Shown here piece after piece: positions 41,731 to 55,857 of a stretch of 64,000 bases of DNA. The notes under the pieces were generated by a model. That model was not told the origin of the DNA. It did no database searches and was given only the letters and a program-made list of their open reading frames with translations. This DNA is from an uncultured delta proteobacterium (GTDB lineage Bacteria > Desulfobacterota > Binatia > UBA9968): the NCBI GenBank assembly GCA_963745035.1, contig CAVUVW010000013.1, forward strand, positions 1,568,001 through 1,632,000, given 5' to 3'. Position numbers and translations under genes: made by a program. Position 1 is the first letter of the stretch. Each line of letters starts with the position of its first letter.

Positions 41731-44700
41731 CTACTTCTTCGCCGGATCGTAGCCAAGGATGGGCGCGAGCCAGCGCTCGACCTCCACGACTTTCATACCC
41801 TTGCGGGCGGCGTAAGACTCCACCTGATCTTTGCCGATCGAATGGACTGCGAAGTAGTGAGCCTCGGGGTGCGCGAAGTAAAGGCCGCTGACCGACGCCG
41901 CGGGATACATGGCGAAACTTTCGGTGAGCGTGATGCCGGTCGCTTCGCCAGCTTGGAGCAGGCTGAAAATGATAGGCTTCTCGGTGTGATCGGGCTGGGC
42001 GGGATAACCCGGCGCTGGGCGGATACCCCGATATTTTTCTTGAATCAGATCTTCAGGAGTCAACTTTTCATCCCTGCCGTAGCCCCATTCCGCGCGCGCT
42101 TGTTTATGCAAATACTCCGCGAAGGCTTCAGCGAGGCGGTCGGCCAAGGCTTTCACCATGATCGAATTATACGGGTCCTGTTCTTTTTCGAAGCGCTCGG
42201 CCAACTCTTGGCAGCCATGTCCCGCCGTGACCGCGAACGCGCCGATGTAGTCGAGGTGTCCACTGTCGCGCGGCGCGATGAAGTCGGCGAGAGCGAGCTG
42301 CGGCTTGCCGCGCTGGTTGTCTTTCTGCTGGCGCAAGGTATGCAATCGCGCCAGCTCTTTCGTGCGCGTCACATCTTCATAAACGATGATATCGTCGCCG
42401 TCGCTGTTCGCCGGGAAAAACCCATGGACGCCCTGCGCGGTGAATAGTTTTTTCTCGACGACTTCCTTGAGCAATTCTTGCGCGTTGGCGAACAGCTCGC
42501 GTGCCGCCGGGCCGCGCGCGGGATCGTGGAGCAGATCCGGATAACGCCCGCGCATCTCCCAGGTATGAAAGAACGGCGACCAATCAATATATCGCACCAA
42601 TTCCGTCAAAGGAACATCCTGCAAAACCCGCCGTCCGATGAACTCAGGCACGGCGATATGTTGATCATCCCATTCCGTGTGCAGCTTGTGCCGTAGCGCT
42701 TCTTCGTAGGTCAGCAACTGCGTGCCGGCCCGGCTTTCAAACTGTTCGCGAATCTCCTGCTGGTCCTTGCGATTCTGTTGATCGAGCGCCTCGCGCGTGT
42801 CGGGCTTGGTCAAGGCTCCGACCACGGGCACTGCCCGCGACGCGTCGATGACATGAATCGTTTCGTGCTTGTAGGCCGGCGCAATCTTGACACCGGTATG
42901 GCGCTTGCTGGTCGTCGCGCCGCCGATGAGCAGCGGCAGATTCAAGCCGCGCCGGTCCATCTCCCCGGCGACGTGGACCATCTCGTCGAGGGACGGCGTG
43001 ATCAAGCCACTGAGACCGATGATGTCGGCTTTTTCTTGAATCGCGGTTTCGATGATCTTGTCCGCCGGCACCATCACGCCGAGATCGATGACATCGTAGT
43101 TGTTGCAGCTCAGCACGACGCCGACGATGTTCTTGCCGATGTCGTGAACGTCGCCTTTGACTGTGGCGAAAACCAATTTCGTCCGTTTGCTCACGTCCTG
43201 CGCGGCTTTTTTCTCCGCTTCGAGAAACGGCGTCAGATAGGCAACGGCTTTTTTCATCACGCGCGCGCTCTTGACCACCTGCGGCAAGAACATCTTGCCC
43301 GAGCCGAAGAGATCACCGACCACGTTCATGCCGTCCATCAACGGCCCTTCGATCACGGCCAAGGGCTTGCCGTATTTGGCCCGCGCCTCCTCGACGTCTT
43401 GATCGATGAAATCGGTGATCCCTTTCACCAGCGCGTGCGACAGACGCTCTTCCACTGTACCCGAACGCCAGCTGTCGTCCTTTGTGACCGCTTTGTCGGT
43501 TTTCTTGACCGTTTCCGCGAAGGTGACGAGCCGCTCGGTGGCATCGGGCCGGCGATTGAGCAGCACGTCCTCCACCAGCTCGAGCAAGTCCCGAGGAATT
43601 TGCTCGTAGACCGTCAGCATGCCGGGATTGACGATGCCCATGTCCATGCCGGCTTTGATGGCGTGATACAGAAATGCCGAATGCATCGCCTCGCGCACCG
43701 GATTGTTGCCGCGGAAAGAAAAGGAAATATTGCTCACCCCGCCGCTCACTTTCGCCAGCGGCAGATTCTGTTTGATCCAGCGGGTCGCCTCGATGAAATT
43801 GACGGCGTAACTGTTGTGCTCCTCGATCCCAGTGCCGACAGTAAGGATGTTGGGGTCGAAAATGATGTCCTGCGGCGGGAAGCCGATTTGCTCGGTGAGA
43901 ATTTTATAGGCGCGTCCGCACACCTCGATTTTTCTTTCGAATGTATCGGCCTGGCCGATCTCGTCGAAGGCCATGACGATCACGGCCGCGCCGTAGCGGC
44001 GCACCAGCTTTGCCTGGGCGATAAATTTTTCTTCGCCCTCTTTGAGACTGATCGAGTTGACGACGCCCTTTCCCTGCAGGCACTTGAGCCCAGCCTCGAT
44101 GATTTCCCACTTGGAGCTGTCGACCATCACCGGCACGCGCGCAATCTCTGATTCGCCGGCGATGAGTCTCAGGAATTTGACCATCGCCGCCTTGGAGTCG
44201 AGCATGCCCTCGTCCATGTTGATGTCGATGATCTGCGAGCCGCCTTCGACTTGCTGGCGCGCCACGCTCACCGCTTTGTCGTAATCGTCGGCAAGGACGA
44301 GCTTGGCAAATACCGGCGACCCGGTTACGTTAGTGCGCTCGCCAACGTTGACAAAATTCGATTCGGGCCGAACCGTGACGCTTTCCAGGCCGCTCAAACG
44401 CAAGTACGGCTCGACTTCCGGGACACGCCGCGGCGGCTTGCCTCGGACAGCGGCGGCAAGTGCCGCAATGTGCGCCGGCGTCGTGCCGCAGCAACCGCCG
44501 ACGATATTGAGCCAGCCGTTGTCGACCCATTCGCGCAGCTGCGGTGCCAAGGACTCCGGCGTCTCCGGAAATCCCGTCGGCAGAAGCGGGTCGGGAAGAC
44601 CGGCGTTGGGATGACAGCTCACGTAAATCGGCGCGATTTGCGCCAACTCGTCGATCAGCGGACGCATCTCTTTCGGACCGAGCGCGCAGTTCATTCCGAC

Positions 44701-45429
44701 ACTCAGCAGCGGCACGTGGGAGATCGAGTTCCAGAATGCTTCGACGGTCTGGCCGGTGACGCCACGGTTGCTGCCGGGCTGAATGAACGTGACCGAAGCC
44801 ATGAGCGGCAAGCGAATATTTCTCTCATCGAATAGTTTCAGAATCGCAAAAAACGCGGCCTTGGAGTTGAGAGTGTCGAAGATGGTCTCCACCAGCAGCA
44901 CGTCGGCGCCGCCGTCGACCAAACCGCGCGCCTGATCGTAGTAAGCCTCAACCAGTTCCTCGTAGGTTACGCCGCGGGTGGCCGCGCTTTGCACGTCGGT
45001 GGAAATCGAGCAGGTCCGATTGGTCGGGCCGATGGCGCCGGCGACGAAGCAAGCTCGCGACGGATCCTTCGCGGTGACGAGCTCGACCGCTTTTTTTGCG
45101 GCCTTCGCCCCCGCCAGGTTCAGCTCGTACGCGTAAGGCTCCAGTTTGTAGTCCGCCATCGAGATCGAGGTGGAGTTGAACGTGTTGGTCTCGACCATAT
45201 CGGCGCCGGCTTCGAGATACTGCGCATGGATCTCGGTAATCAGCTCGGGCTGGGTGATGCAGAGCACGTCGTTGCAGCCTTTGAGATCATGGGAGTGAGC
45301 TGCGAACTGAGCGCCGCGAAAGGCTTGCTCGTCGAGCTTATGCGCCTGGATCATCGTGCCCATCGCGCCGTCGAGGATGAGCAAGCGCTCGGCCAAAATC
45401 TCCCGGAGTTGTTTTTCCAGATCGTTCAT
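41731..45429 (-). CDS. metH: cobalamin-dependent methionine synthase
   Basis: [35 protein letters not shown] and RPAPGYP; start MNDLEK overlaps the upstream stop. Confidence 0.97.
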   Translation of the reverse strand: MNDLEKQLREILAERLLILDGAMGTMIQAHKLDEQAFRGAQFAAHSHDLKGCNDVLCITQPELITEIHAQYLEAGADMVETNTFNSTSISMADYKLEPYAYELNLAGAKAAKKAVELVTAKDPSRACFVAGAIGPTNRTCSISTDVQSAATRGVTYEELVEAYYDQARGLVDGGADVLLVETIFDTLNSKAAFFAILKLFDERNIRLPLMASVTFIQPGSNRGVTGQTVEAFWNSISHVPLLSVGMNCALGPKEMRPLIDELAQIAPIYVSCHPNAGLPDPLLPTGFPETPESLAPQLREWVDNGWLNIVGGCCGTTPAHIAALAAAVRGKPPRRVPEVEPYLRLSGLESVTVRPESNFVNVGERTNVTGSPVFAKLVLADDYDKAVSVARQQVEGGSQIIDINMDEGMLDSKAAMVKFLRLIAGESEIARVPVMVDSSKWEIIEAGLKCLQGKGVVNSISLKEGEEKFIAQAKLVRRYGAAVIVMAFDEIGQADTFERKIEVCGRAYKILTEQIGFPPQDIIFDPNILTVGTGIEEHNSYAVNFIEATRWIKQNLPLAKVSGGVSNISFSFRGNNPVREAMHSAFLYHAIKAGMDMGIVNPGMLTVYEQIPRDLLELVEDVLLNRRPDATERLVTFAETVKKTDKAVTKDDSWRSGTVEERLSHALVKGITDFIDQDVEEARAKYGKPLAVIEGPLMDGMNVVGDLFGSGKMFLPQVVKSARVMKKAVAYLTPFLEAEKKAAQDVSKRTKLVFATVKGDVHDIGKNIVGVVLSCNNYDVIDLGVMVPADKIIETAIQEKADIIGLSGLITPSLDEMVHVAGEMDRRGLNLPLLIGGATTSKRHTGVKIAPAYKHETIHVIDASRAVPVVGALTKPDTREALDQQNRKDQQEIREQFESRAGTQLLTYEEALRHKLHTEWDDQHIAVPEFIGRRVLQDVPLTELVRYIDWSPFFHTWEMRGRYPDLLHDPARGPAARELFANAQELLKEVVEKKLFTAQGVHGFFPANSDGDDIIVYEDVTRTKELARLHTLRQQKDNQRGKPQLALADFIAPRDSGHLDYIGAFAVTAGHGCQELAERFEKEQDPYNSIMVKALADRLAEAFAEYLHKQARAEWGYGRDEKLTPEDLIQEKYRGIRPAPGYPAQPDHTEKPIIFSLLQAGEATGITLTESFAMYPAASVSGLYFAHPEAHYFAVHSIGKDQVESYAARKGMKVVEVERWLAPILGYDPAKK

Positions 45430-46415
45430 CGGTTCGTTTTCTTCTTTGTCTTCGGCTTCAATCCCGGCAAAGTCGCGCGCGCGACGAAAATTTCGACCGG
45501 CCGGTTGCCGTTGCGCGCCATTTTCTCGCCGGCGAAAGAGCCGGTCAGGTCGTAATCCACAGATTGCACGCCCGCGCCGCGAAACCATTGCTCGATCGAA
45601 CCGCGGTTGAAGCCGAGCCACTGGTGCGCCATCTGTTCGCGCATCCACTCCTGCTTGTGTTCGACGACATCGACCAAAATCACCGAACCGCCGGGGCGCG
45701 TGATGCGGCAAAGCCCGGCGATGGCACGCTCGGGATCGGGCAGAAAATGCAAAACCATGACGCAGAACGCAGCATCGACGCTAGCGGTATCCAGCGGCAG
45801 CTGGAGCGCGTCGCCTTGACGAAATTCGACGTTATCGAGCTTGCGCTCCCGAGCCACTGCTTTTGCTCTTCGCAACATTTCTTGGGAAAGATCGATGCCG
45901 ATCACCTTCCGCGCAAAACGCGCTAATTCGACTGTCAGACTGCCCGTGCCGCAGCCGATATCGGCGAGGGTCAGATCGCGGGGAAGTAATTTCTCGATGG
46001 CGAGGGAAGTCACCCGATCGTCGAAATAACTCTTGCGGATCCGTTCCCAATCGCCGGCCAGCGATTCAAAGTAGCTCTGCGACCTTTGCAGGCGTTTGCG
46101 CCGGGTCTCCTCCAAACGCGCCTGGTCCTTCTTCATTTCTGGGATATCGCCGAGCCGGGAATGAAGCGACTTGAAGAGCTCGCGCGCCGGCTCGGGCATG
46201 GGCTGGCGCGCCGAAAAGTAAACGCTCGTTCCTTCCTTGCGGTCCTGGACAAATCCGGCCTCGCGCAGGATGGCGAGATTGCGCGACACCGAGGACTGCA
46301 TCGACGCCACCACGTCCTGCACCTCCCCGACCGTCAGCTCCTCTTCGGCGACCGCGGCAAGAATCCGCAGGCGCAAAGGGTCGGCAAGCGCTTTAAGCGT
46401 GCGCACAAACTCCAT
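45426..46415 (-). CDS. ArsR-HTH plus SAM-methyltransferase-domain regulator (SahR-like)
   Basis: [26 protein letters not shown] and ADIGCGTG; translationally coupled to metH. Confidence 0.88.
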   Translation of the reverse strand: MEFVRTLKALADPLRLRILAAVAEEELTVGEVQDVVASMQSSVSRNLAILREAGFVQDRKEGTSVYFSARQPMPEPARELFKSLHSRLGDIPEMKKDQARLEETRRKRLQRSQSYFESLAGDWERIRKSYFDDRVTSLAIEKLLPRDLTLADIGCGTGSLTVELARFARKVIGIDLSQEMLRRAKAVARERKLDNVEFRQGDALQLPLDTASVDAAFCVMVLHFLPDPERAIAGLCRITRPGGSVILVDVVEHKQEWMREQMAHQWLGFNRGSIEQWFRGAGVQSVDYDLTGSFAGEKMARNGNRPVEIFVARATLPGLKPKTKKKTNR

Positions 46416-46435
46416 AAATCCATCCAGACTCAATC

Positions 46436-46469
46436 ATTATATTTAAATATTGTGATATTTCAATATCAC
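46436..46469 (-). promoter_or_regulatory. sigma70 promoter overlapped by a palindromic operator
   Basis: Minus strand TTGAAA-N16-TATAAT; palindrome GTGATATT-TC-AATATCAC; ATAT recurs every 8 bp four times. Confidence 0.7.
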
Positions 46470-46503
46470 GGCCGCGGTTTGTGTCTGACCTGAAACGGAG
46501 GCT

Positions 46504-47151
46504 TCAGCGTGTATAGATGACTTGGCGGTCGATCACTGAGCGGAATACCGCAAGAAGATTGTCGTGGGGATGCGCTAACCCGTGGGCGGGGGAAAACAAA
46601 TCCAGAACATGATGGATGGCTTCGATGGTCGCATAGCAGTGCGACCGCGGCTGGCGGCGGATTCGATAACTCGACGCGGCCGGCGGCTCAAAACGTATGC
46701 GCGGCAAGCTCGCCACGTTCCGACTTAGGCGCAGCATTTTGCGCACGCTCTTCCAGGTCCCATCCAGGAGAAATACAACCAAGTGCCGCCCTGTCGGGAC
46801 AAGCGCCAGGCGTTCTGCCGGCGTTTGCCGCGTCAGATTGGTTGCGTCCTCGCTAGGATAAAGCAGCACAGGAAAGAAAGATGGGTTTTGGATCTCGCGC
46901 TCGATTCGTTCATCGCGCGAAAAATCGACCCCATCGAGCAGCAGGGAATTACTCAAGCAAAGGTGCGCCATGCGGCCGGTGCCGAGACGATGCTTTGCCT
47001 CGCGCGGTTGGCGCAAGATCACAAACCGAGGCTCTGAATCGAACGGCGCGACAAGCGCACAATAACAACCAGTGCGCGGGCGGCGGCACGAATGGCACAT
47101 GGCGCGGAATTCGACGTCAGAGGAGAACATGTCTGTTTTTCCTATACGCAT
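46504..47151 (-). CDS. DTW-domain tRNA-uridine aminocarboxypropyltransferase
   Basis: CHSC...CYC, GTGRMA, LLDGTW and ATIEA. Confidence 0.88.
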   Translation of the reverse strand: MRIGKTDMFSSDVEFRAMCHSCRRPRTGCYCALVAPFDSEPRFVILRQPREAKHRLGTGRMAHLCLSNSLLLDGVDFSRDERIEREIQNPSFFPVLLYPSEDATNLTRQTPAERLALVPTGRHLVVFLLDGTWKSVRKMLRLSRNVASLPRIRFEPPAASSYRIRRQPRSHCYATIEAIHHVLDLFSPAHGLAHPHDNLLAVFRSVIDRQVIYTR

Positions 47152-47167
47152 TTAATCGATGTCGGCG

Positions 47168-47749
47168 TTAGCCGACTTTCTGCGCCAGGATGCCGGCGCG
47201 AAACGACGGCTCCGTGCCATCCAAAAACTTACCTTCACGGTAAAGCAGAACGCGAAAGTCGCGGAACTGATCCAGCAGCTCGTTGTGATCGAATAAGTAG
47301 TCCTGATTCTTCGGATGGCCAACGGCTCGTTGATCGATCAAATACGTGTCGAATATTACGTGACCGCCGGGCTTGAGCGCGCCTTTGAGGCGCGGCATGA
47401 GCGAACGTTGAAGGTAATTGATGTTGACGATCAGGTCATACTCTCCGGCAGCTACCTGGAGATCTTCCAGGTCGGCCTGTTGCCAGGTAATCGAGAGCGA
47501 ATTCGCCTTTGCACGCTCGCGGCCGTGCTCCAGTCCGACCGGCGAGATATCGATCGCGGTAACCTGAAAGCCGCGGGACGCGAGAAACAGCGCGTTGCGA
47601 CCCTTTCCGCAGGCGACATCGAGCGTCTTGCCCGGCGCAATCGTCCAATGACCGCTGTCGATGATCTCCTGCAAGAAGCGCGAAGGCTCTCCGCCGCCGC
47701 GACGTTCAGCGTGCAAGCGATTCCATCTGCTTTGATCATCTAACGTCAT
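47168..47749 (-). CDS. class I SAM methyltransferase (TehB-like)
   Basis: LDVACGKGRNA, YLQRSL and LKPGG. Confidence 0.85.
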   Translation of the reverse strand: MTLDDQSRWNRLHAERRGGGEPSRFLQEIIDSGHWTIAPGKTLDVACGKGRNALFLASRGFQVTAIDISPVGLEHGRERAKANSLSITWQQADLEDLQVAAGEYDLIVNINYLQRSLMPRLKGALKPGGHVIFDTYLIDQRAVGHPKNQDYLFDHNELLDQFRDFRVLLYREGKFLDGTEPSFRAGILAQKVG

Positions 47750-48513
47750 CAGACGGCGCGCGCCAGAGTCACGACATAAACCCGCTCCGCACCGCTACGT
47801 TTAAGCGTGCGGCTGCATTCGTTCACCGTCGCCCCGGAAGTGTACACGTCGTCGACTAATAGTACTTTCTTACCTTCGAGCGATCGGCCGGGCGCCAGCG
47901 CGAACGCGCCGCGAACGTTGCGCCGCCGCTCTTCTTCATTGAGCTGAGTCTGGGGCGGGGTTTCTCTGATACGGCGGAGCACAAAGGCATCCGTCGAAAT
48001 ACCGTAGGCTTTGCTCAACTGTCGTCCCAGTAAGAGGGCCTGGTTGAAGCCGCGCCAGCGTAGCCGCTTGGGATGAAGCGGAACGGGAACGATCACGTCA
48101 GCGTCGCAACCTCTCAAAAATTCCCGACAGCCGCGCGCCATCAAACGGCCGAGCGGCTTGCCGAGAGAGACCTTGCGGCCGTATTTGAATTTGTGCACCG
48201 CTTGACGCAGCGGATGTTCGTCGGCCTCTTCGCGCGGATAGTACGCCCACGCCCAAGCGTGGGCGAATTGCGGCGGCCGCGCCAGACAGGCGCCGCAGGT
48301 ATGATCGTCGCCGCTCGCGTCGGGAAAGGGGCGCCCGCAAGCACTACAAATCGGATGCGCAATGAGCCGGATTCTGCCCCAACATTCGGCGCAGAAGTAC
48401 TCCGCGTCCCGGCCACAGAACGTCCTGGTGCAGGCGCGGCAGCGCGGCGGATAGAGCCAATCGACTAGCCAGTCAAGGCGATCCGTCATCGACGGCCGAA
48501 GGGAAAGTTCCAT
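47749..48513 (-). CDS. comF: ComF-family protein (double Zn ribbon plus PRTase)
   Basis: CxxC clusters, VPVPLH, RGFNQA and VDDVYTSGAT. Confidence 0.9.
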   Translation of the reverse strand: MELSLRPSMTDRLDWLVDWLYPPRCRACTRTFCGRDAEYFCAECWGRIRLIAHPICSACGRPFPDASGDDHTCGACLARPPQFAHAWAWAYYPREEADEHPLRQAVHKFKYGRKVSLGKPLGRLMARGCREFLRGCDADVIVPVPLHPKRLRWRGFNQALLLGRQLSKAYGISTDAFVLRRIRETPPQTQLNEEERRRNVRGAFALAPGRSLEGKKVLLVDDVYTSGATVNECSRTLKRSGAERVYVVTLARAV

Positions 48514-48599
48514 GGCGGCCGGAGTTTAGCAAAACAGGAATGATTTGCGAACTTAAACTGCAGTTTTCCGAAGCACCTGGAAAAATTCCTTTGAATTGT

Positions 48600-48634
48600 A
48601 ACCCCTCGTTGGGAAAGAGGGGAATGGAGAGATT
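48600..48634. repeat. CCCCTCT-type dispersed palindromic repeat
   Basis: ACCCCTCGTTGGGAAAGAGGGG hairpin; inverted relative of 13106-13139. Confidence 0.6.
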
Positions 48635-48683
48635 ATCGAGGTCATCGCGCGCAAACTACGCAGCGAACTTTTTGTCCAGGACG

Positions 48684-50225
48684 CTAGCTTTCGACGATCA
48701 GCGAACGCCCGCTCATCTCCTTGGGCTGTGGCAGATTCAACAGCTGCAACAACGTCGGCGCGATGTCGATGCCAGACCCCTGCGTCAAACGGCTTTTTCG
48801 TCGTTCTTCATCGACCAGAATCACCGGCACCAGGTTGGTCGTATGCGCCGTGTGCGGCATGCCAGTATCGTAATCTATCAGTTGCTCGATGTTGCCATGG
48901 TCCGCGGTGATCACGACTTTGCCTTTTTTGCTCATTGCAGCGTCGACGACTTTTTCCAAGCACTCGTCGATCACCTCCACGGCGCGCACGGATGCTTCAA
49001 AGTTGCCGGTATGGCCGACCATGTCGGCATTGGCGTAATTGGCAATCACTAGGCCGACGTCCCGCTCGCGTACGTATTTCACCAGTGCTTCGGTTACCTC
49101 ACGCGCGCTCATCTCCGGCTTCATGTCGTACGTCGCAACGTCGCGCGGAGAAGGAATCAAAATGCGTTCTTCGCCGGGAAATTTCTCTTCTTCGCCGCCG
49201 TTGAAGAAGTAAGTTACATGCGCGTATTTTTCCGTCTCTGCGATGCGAAGCTGTCGGACATTCGCCTGGCTTGCGACTTCGCCTAGAATTTTGCGGATTT
49301 CACGCGGCGCGTAGGCGACCGGAACTTTAAAAGTTTCGTCGTACTGCGTCATGGTCACGTAGGTGGCGAGATCGATGCGCCGCTTGCGGTGGAACTCCTT
49401 AAAGTCTGCGTCTGTCAGGGCACGAGTCAATTCGCGCGCGCGATCGGCCCGGAAATTAAAAAAGATCACGCCGTCGCCATCCCTGATCAATCCTTCGGGG
49501 GCGACGCCCTCAATCACGGTGGGCAAAACGAACTCATCGGTTATCTTTTCTTTGTAACTGGCGCGGATTGCCTCTAAAGCCGAGGCTGCTTTGTTCCCGA
49601 CGCCTTCGGTCAAACATAAATACGCTTTCTCGACCCGATCCCAGCGTTTGTCACGGTCCATCGCGTAATAGCGGCCGGTGACCGTGGCGATCTTTACGTT
49701 CGCATAGGACTTCAACTTTTCTTGGAGATCGAGCATGAACTGCTCGGCGCTGTTCGGTGGCGTATCGCGGCCGTCAAGGAACAGGTGGAGGTAAACCGCA
49801 CCGACCTGCTCGCGACGCGCCATCTCGATGATCGCTTCCATATGGCGCTGGTGGCTGTGCACGCCGCCGTCGCCGAGAAGACCCAAGAGATGCAAGCGAT
49901 TGCTCTTCGCCTTGGTTTTACGCAGCGCATCAAGCAGCACCGGATTCTTAAAGAAGGTGCCGTCGTCGATATCTTTGTGGATGAGGGTAAGGTCTTGATA
50001 GACAATCCGGCCGGAGCCCAGGATCATATGGCCGACTTCGGAATTGCCCATCTGCCCGTCTGGCAGGCCGACATCGGTGCCCGACATCGAGAGACGGGAA
50101 TTTGGATAGTTTTTCAAAAGCTCGTCGAGATTCGGAGTCGCAGCGTTGGCGACCGCATTGGCTTCTTTTCTCGGATTGATGCCGAATCCGTCCAAGATCA
50201 CGAGAATCACTGGCGTCGTGCTCAA
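48684..50225 (-). CDS. gpmI: 2,3-BPG-independent phosphoglycerate mutase
   Basis: ILDGFG, QMGNSEVGH, GRYYAMDRD and TADHGN. Confidence 0.97.
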   Translation of the reverse strand: MSTTPVILVILDGFGINPRKEANAVANAATPNLDELLKNYPNSRLSMSGTDVGLPDGQMGNSEVGHMILGSGRIVYQDLTLIHKDIDDGTFFKNPVLLDALRKTKAKSNRLHLLGLLGDGGVHSHQRHMEAIIEMARREQVGAVYLHLFLDGRDTPPNSAEQFMLDLQEKLKSYANVKIATVTGRYYAMDRDKRWDRVEKAYLCLTEGVGNKAASALEAIRASYKEKITDEFVLPTVIEGVAPEGLIRDGDGVIFFNFRADRARELTRALTDADFKEFHRKRRIDLATYVTMTQYDETFKVPVAYAPREIRKILGEVASQANVRQLRIAETEKYAHVTYFFNGGEEEKFPGEERILIPSPRDVATYDMKPEMSAREVTEALVKYVRERDVGLVIANYANADMVGHTGNFEASVRAVEVIDECLEKVVDAAMSKKGKVVITADHGNIEQLIDYDTGMPHTAHTTNLVPVILVDEERRKSRLTQGSGIDIAPTLLQLLNLPQPKEMSGRSLIVES

Positions 50226-50279
50226 AGGTTTTCCTTTCAGTTGCCGGTTGCCTCGAACCGGCGGAACGGTGGCGTCGCG

Positions 50280-50699
50280 TTATTGTTGGGCGAGCGTTTC
50301 GTTGCCGATCTGAAATTGATCGACGAGTTTGGCAACCGGCTCCGGCAGCTTGGCCTTCGGCGCTTGACCCCAAAGACCGTCGAGATCGTAAAATTCGCGC
50401 ACCGGCTCGTAGAAAACATGAACGATGACGTCGGAAAAATCGATCAGTGCCCAGTGGCCGCGCTGGGCTCCTTCGACGGCATAGGGCCGTAGACCTTCCT
50501 CGGCGGCGTTTTCCTCTATGCCTTGTGCGATGCTCTGCACCTGACGATCGGACCGCCCTGAGCAAACGATGAAGTAATCGGCAATGGAAGTGTGCTCATG
50601 AACGTCCAGCACGATCAGATCGCAGGCTTTTTTGTCGAGAGCAAAACGAGTCAGGAGGAGAGCTTTTTCCCAGGAGCTGATTTCTGCCAAGGTCGTCAC
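50280..50699 (-). CDS. rsfS: ribosome silencing factor
   Basis: DKKA, ADYFIVCSG, WALID and REFYDLDGLW. Confidence 0.95.
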   Translation of the reverse strand: MTTLAEISSWEKALLLTRFALDKKACDLIVLDVHEHTSIADYFIVCSGRSDRQVQSIAQGIEENAAEEGLRPYAVEGAQRGHWALIDFSDVIVHVFYEPVREFYDLDGLWGQAPKAKLPEPVAKLVDQFQIGNETLAQQ

Positions 50700-51358
50700 C
50701 GCGGGTTGCGCCCGTTGTTATAAAGCGCGCGCCGTTTGATATAATTTTCTACTTCCGACGGTACCAGATAACGGATCGATTTCCCTTCTTTCACGAGCGC
50801 GCGAATCTCCGAGGCCGATATCGCGATGTCTGTAAGCTCGTCAAAGTACACGCGCGTCCCGCTCCGATGCCGGTAGTTCTTCTGTTTAAAATCATAACAA
50901 AACAGTTTTTTTACGGCAACGCCGGTGCCTTTGAGCGGATCTTTTTCTTTGCTGCCCGGCCGCGAGGTGACGATAAAGTTACAGAGGGGAAATATGGCGG
51001 CGAAATCTTTCCAAGTACGGATCTCGCGAAAGGCATCGAGCCCGATAATGAAGTAAAGGACATCGTCTTTGTTTAGGGTGGCGGCGAATTCCCGGATGGT
51101 GTCGATGGAATAGGAAACCCCGGGCCGCGATATCTCCGCCGTCGAAACGCTGAATTTGGGATTTTTCGCCACGGCCAGACGCACCATCCGCAGCCGGTCC
51201 CGTGCTGCCGTCGTCGTCTGCCCGCGCTTATGCGGCGGCAGCGCGGCGGGAATGAAATAAACGCGGTCCAAGTCGAAAGTCTCGCTCACCTCTTCGGCGC
51301 TGCGGAGATGTCCCCAATGAATCGGGTCGAACGTGCCGCCGAAAAGACCGATCTTCAT
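50696..51358 (-). CDS. nadD: nicotinate-nucleotide adenylyltransferase
   Basis: MKIGLFGGTFDPIHWGH and ISASEIR. Confidence 0.95.
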   Translation of the reverse strand: MKIGLFGGTFDPIHWGHLRSAEEVSETFDLDRVYFIPAALPPHKRGQTTTAARDRLRMVRLAVAKNPKFSVSTAEISRPGVSYSIDTIREFAATLNKDDVLYFIIGLDAFREIRTWKDFAAIFPLCNFIVTSRPGSKEKDPLKGTGVAVKKLFCYDFKQKNYRHRSGTRVYFDELTDIAISASEIRALVKEGKSIRYLVPSEVENYIKRRALYNNGRNPR

Positions 51359-51436
51359 AAGGCGTCGATTTGCGCGTGCGGGTTGAATGCGACGAAGATG
51401 CGCAACTCGGCGCCGGCTAAACGCGATGTGCGGTCG

Positions 51437-51480
51437 TTTCGGATTTCGGGTTCCGGGTTTCGGGTTAACTCGAAACCCGA
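51437..51480. repeat. inverted heptamer tandem repeat (TTTCGGG x4 / AACCCGA x2)
   Basis: TTTCGGA TTTCGGG TTCCGGG TTTCGGG TT AACTCGA AACCCGA, between proA and nadD. Confidence 0.8.
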
Positions 51481-51503
51481 GCGCGAAGCGAGCTCCGAGC
51501 CGA

Positions 51504-52786
51504 TCATTCGCGAATCTGCCCGTCGCCAAAGACGATGAACTTCGTGGTGGTCAACTCTTCGAGGCCCATGGGGCCGAAGGCGTGGATCTTGCTCGTGCTG
51601 ATGCCGATTTCGGCACCCAAGCCGAGCTCGCCGCCGTCGTTGAAACGAGTCGATGCATTGACCATCACCGCCGATGAGTTGACCCGGTCGATAAACTCAC
51701 GCGAGGTCTGCTCATTGGTCGTGACGATGCTCTCGGTATGTTCGGAGCCGTAGCGTTCAATGTGATCGATCGCCTCATCCATGTCCTTGACAACGCGCAC
51801 GGCGAGGATCAGATCGAGATACTCCGCGGTCCAGTCGCTCTCGGCAGCTTTCTTGACTCCCGGTGCGAGAGCGCGCGTCTTGTCGCAGCCGCGAACCTCC
51901 ACCCCGGCAGCTTGGTAATCGTCGATCATCTGCGGCAAAAACTTCGCCGCGACCGCTTCGTGCACCAGCAAAGTCTCCATGGCGTTGCACACCGCCGGCC
52001 GCTGCACTTTGGCATTGAAGCAGATACGCTTCGCCATATCCAAAGACGCCTCGACATCGACGTAGACGTGACAAACTCCCTTGTAGTGCTTGATCACCGG
52101 AATTTTCGAATTCGCCACCACCGCGCGAATGAGCTCTTCGCCGCCGCGGGGAATGATGAGGTCGATGTACGCTTCGAGCTGCAGCAGCTCGTTGACGAAG
52201 GCGTGATCTTTGACTTCGACCATCTGTACGGCGTCCTGCGGCACCGAAGTCTCCGCACACGCTTGCCGCAGCACCGCGCCGATCGCCTGGTTCGAATGAT
52301 GCGCTTCGCTGCCACCGCGTAGGATGACCGCGTTGCCGGATTTCAGACAGAGCGCCGCCGCGTCCGCCGTCACGTTGGGGCGCGCTTCGTAGATAATACC
52401 GATGACCCCGAGCGGGATGCGCATGCGGCCCACTTGGAGACCGTTGGGGCGCTGCCACATTTTTACCACCTCGCGCACCGGGTCGGGCAATGCGGCCACG
52501 TCGCGCAAGCCTCTCGCCATCCCTTTCACTCGACCCGCGTCAAGTGTAATGCGGTCGAGCACGGCATTCGAAACTCCGGAGGTCTTTGCAAGTTCCAGGT
52601 CTTTGCGGTTCTCCGCGATCAAGAACGCGCTCCGCGCCTCGATCTCGTCCGCCATCAGCGATAGCGCACGGTTTTTTTCCGCAGTCGATACCCGTGCCAA
52701 CTGACGCGCCGCTGTCTTAGCGCGCTTGCCGAGGTTGAGCGCTTCGTTTTTGAGCATTTTCGATGGCGTGGTCTTGGCCACAGTTT

Positions 52787-52790
<4 letters not shown>
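51504..52790 (-). CDS. proA: glutamate-5-semialdehyde dehydrogenase
   Basis: [23 protein letters not shown] and GAEIGIST. Confidence 0.97.
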
Positions 52791-55001
<2,211 letters not shown>

Positions 55002-55040
55002 TTACTTTTGCCTTGCTTCTATCATCCCCTTACCCAAGGC

Positions 55041-55067
55041 AAAAAAAAAGCCCCGAAAGGGGCTTTT
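55041..55067 (-). terminator. intrinsic terminator after rpmA
   Basis: AAAAGCCCC-GAAA-GGGGCTTTT hairpin with an A9 run (U tail on the minus strand). Confidence 0.85.
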
Positions 55068-55085
55068 CATTTTGCGACGCTCATC

Positions 55086-55343
55086 TCACAGAGCGGGTAG
55101 CACAGCGACGCGCTTCCTTTCCTTGTCCTTGCGTTCGTAACGAACAACGCCGTCGATCAATGCGAACAGCGTGTAGTCACGACCCATGCCGACGTTCTTC
55201 CCCGGATGGATGCGCGTACCGAGCTGGCGCACCAGGATATTGCCCGCGCGCACGGACTCGCCGCCGAAAACTTTAACGCCCCTTCTTTGTCCTTGGCTGT
55301 CGCGCCCGTTGCGCGAGCTGCCGCCGGCCTTCTTGTGTGCCAT
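55086..55343 (-). CDS. rpmA: 50S ribosomal protein L27
   Basis: [16 protein letters not shown]. Confidence 0.99.
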   Translation of the reverse strand: MAHKKAGGSSRNGRDSQGQRRGVKVFGGESVRAGNILVRQLGTRIHPGKNVGMGRDYTLFALIDGVVRYERKDKERKRVAVLPAL

Positions 55344-55358
55344 TGCTCTACTCCCCGG

Positions 55359-55673
55359 TTATGGTTCGATTGCGGTGATTTTCAGCGCGGTCTGATATTG
55401 CCGGTGACCCCGCTGCCGGCTGTAGCTCTTCCGGCGTTTTTTCTTGAAGACGATGATTTTCTTGGCGCGGCCTTGGTCGACGATCTCGCCGGTCACTTTC
55501 GCATCGGCCACCAGCGGCGCGCCGATCTTGGGATCGCCGTCGCCGCCGACGAAAAGCACGTCCGCCAGGGTTACCTTCTCGCCGACTTCGCCGGCCAATT
55601 TTTCGACTTTGACGACCTCGCCTTCGGACACGCGGTATTGCTTACCGCCCGTTCTAATTACCGCATATTTCAT
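55359..55673 (-). CDS. rplU: 50S ribosomal protein L21
   Basis: [13 protein letters not shown] and GHRQYQT. Confidence 0.99.
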   Translation of the reverse strand: MKYAVIRTGGKQYRVSEGEVVKVEKLAGEVGEKVTLADVLFVGGDGDPKIGAPLVADAKVTGEIVDQGRAKKIIVFKKKRRKSYSRQRGHRQYQTALKITAIEP

Positions 55674-55857
55674 AGGATTTTCTCGGAAACAAAATTTTTA
55701 AAGGAAAACTCCGCCAAAGTCAACCTACGCGCGTCGCTCACGCCGCCAAATCTAGGGAATTCACCCGCCGGTTTTCACCAGCAGCAGCCGTTCGAAGGAT
55801 AAACACGAGCACCGATAAATTTTTCTCAGGATACCCTTGACACTCCCTTGTTCAGAT

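Noticed and set aside
41446-42447. 333-aa TIR fusion protein
   Set aside because: Only the first ~95 codons are TIR-like or upstream of it; the rest is antisense to metH.
55674-55740. L21 leader RNA
   Set aside because: A TTGACT-N17-TAAAAA promoter candidate lies about 20 nt from the start codon, leaving no room.
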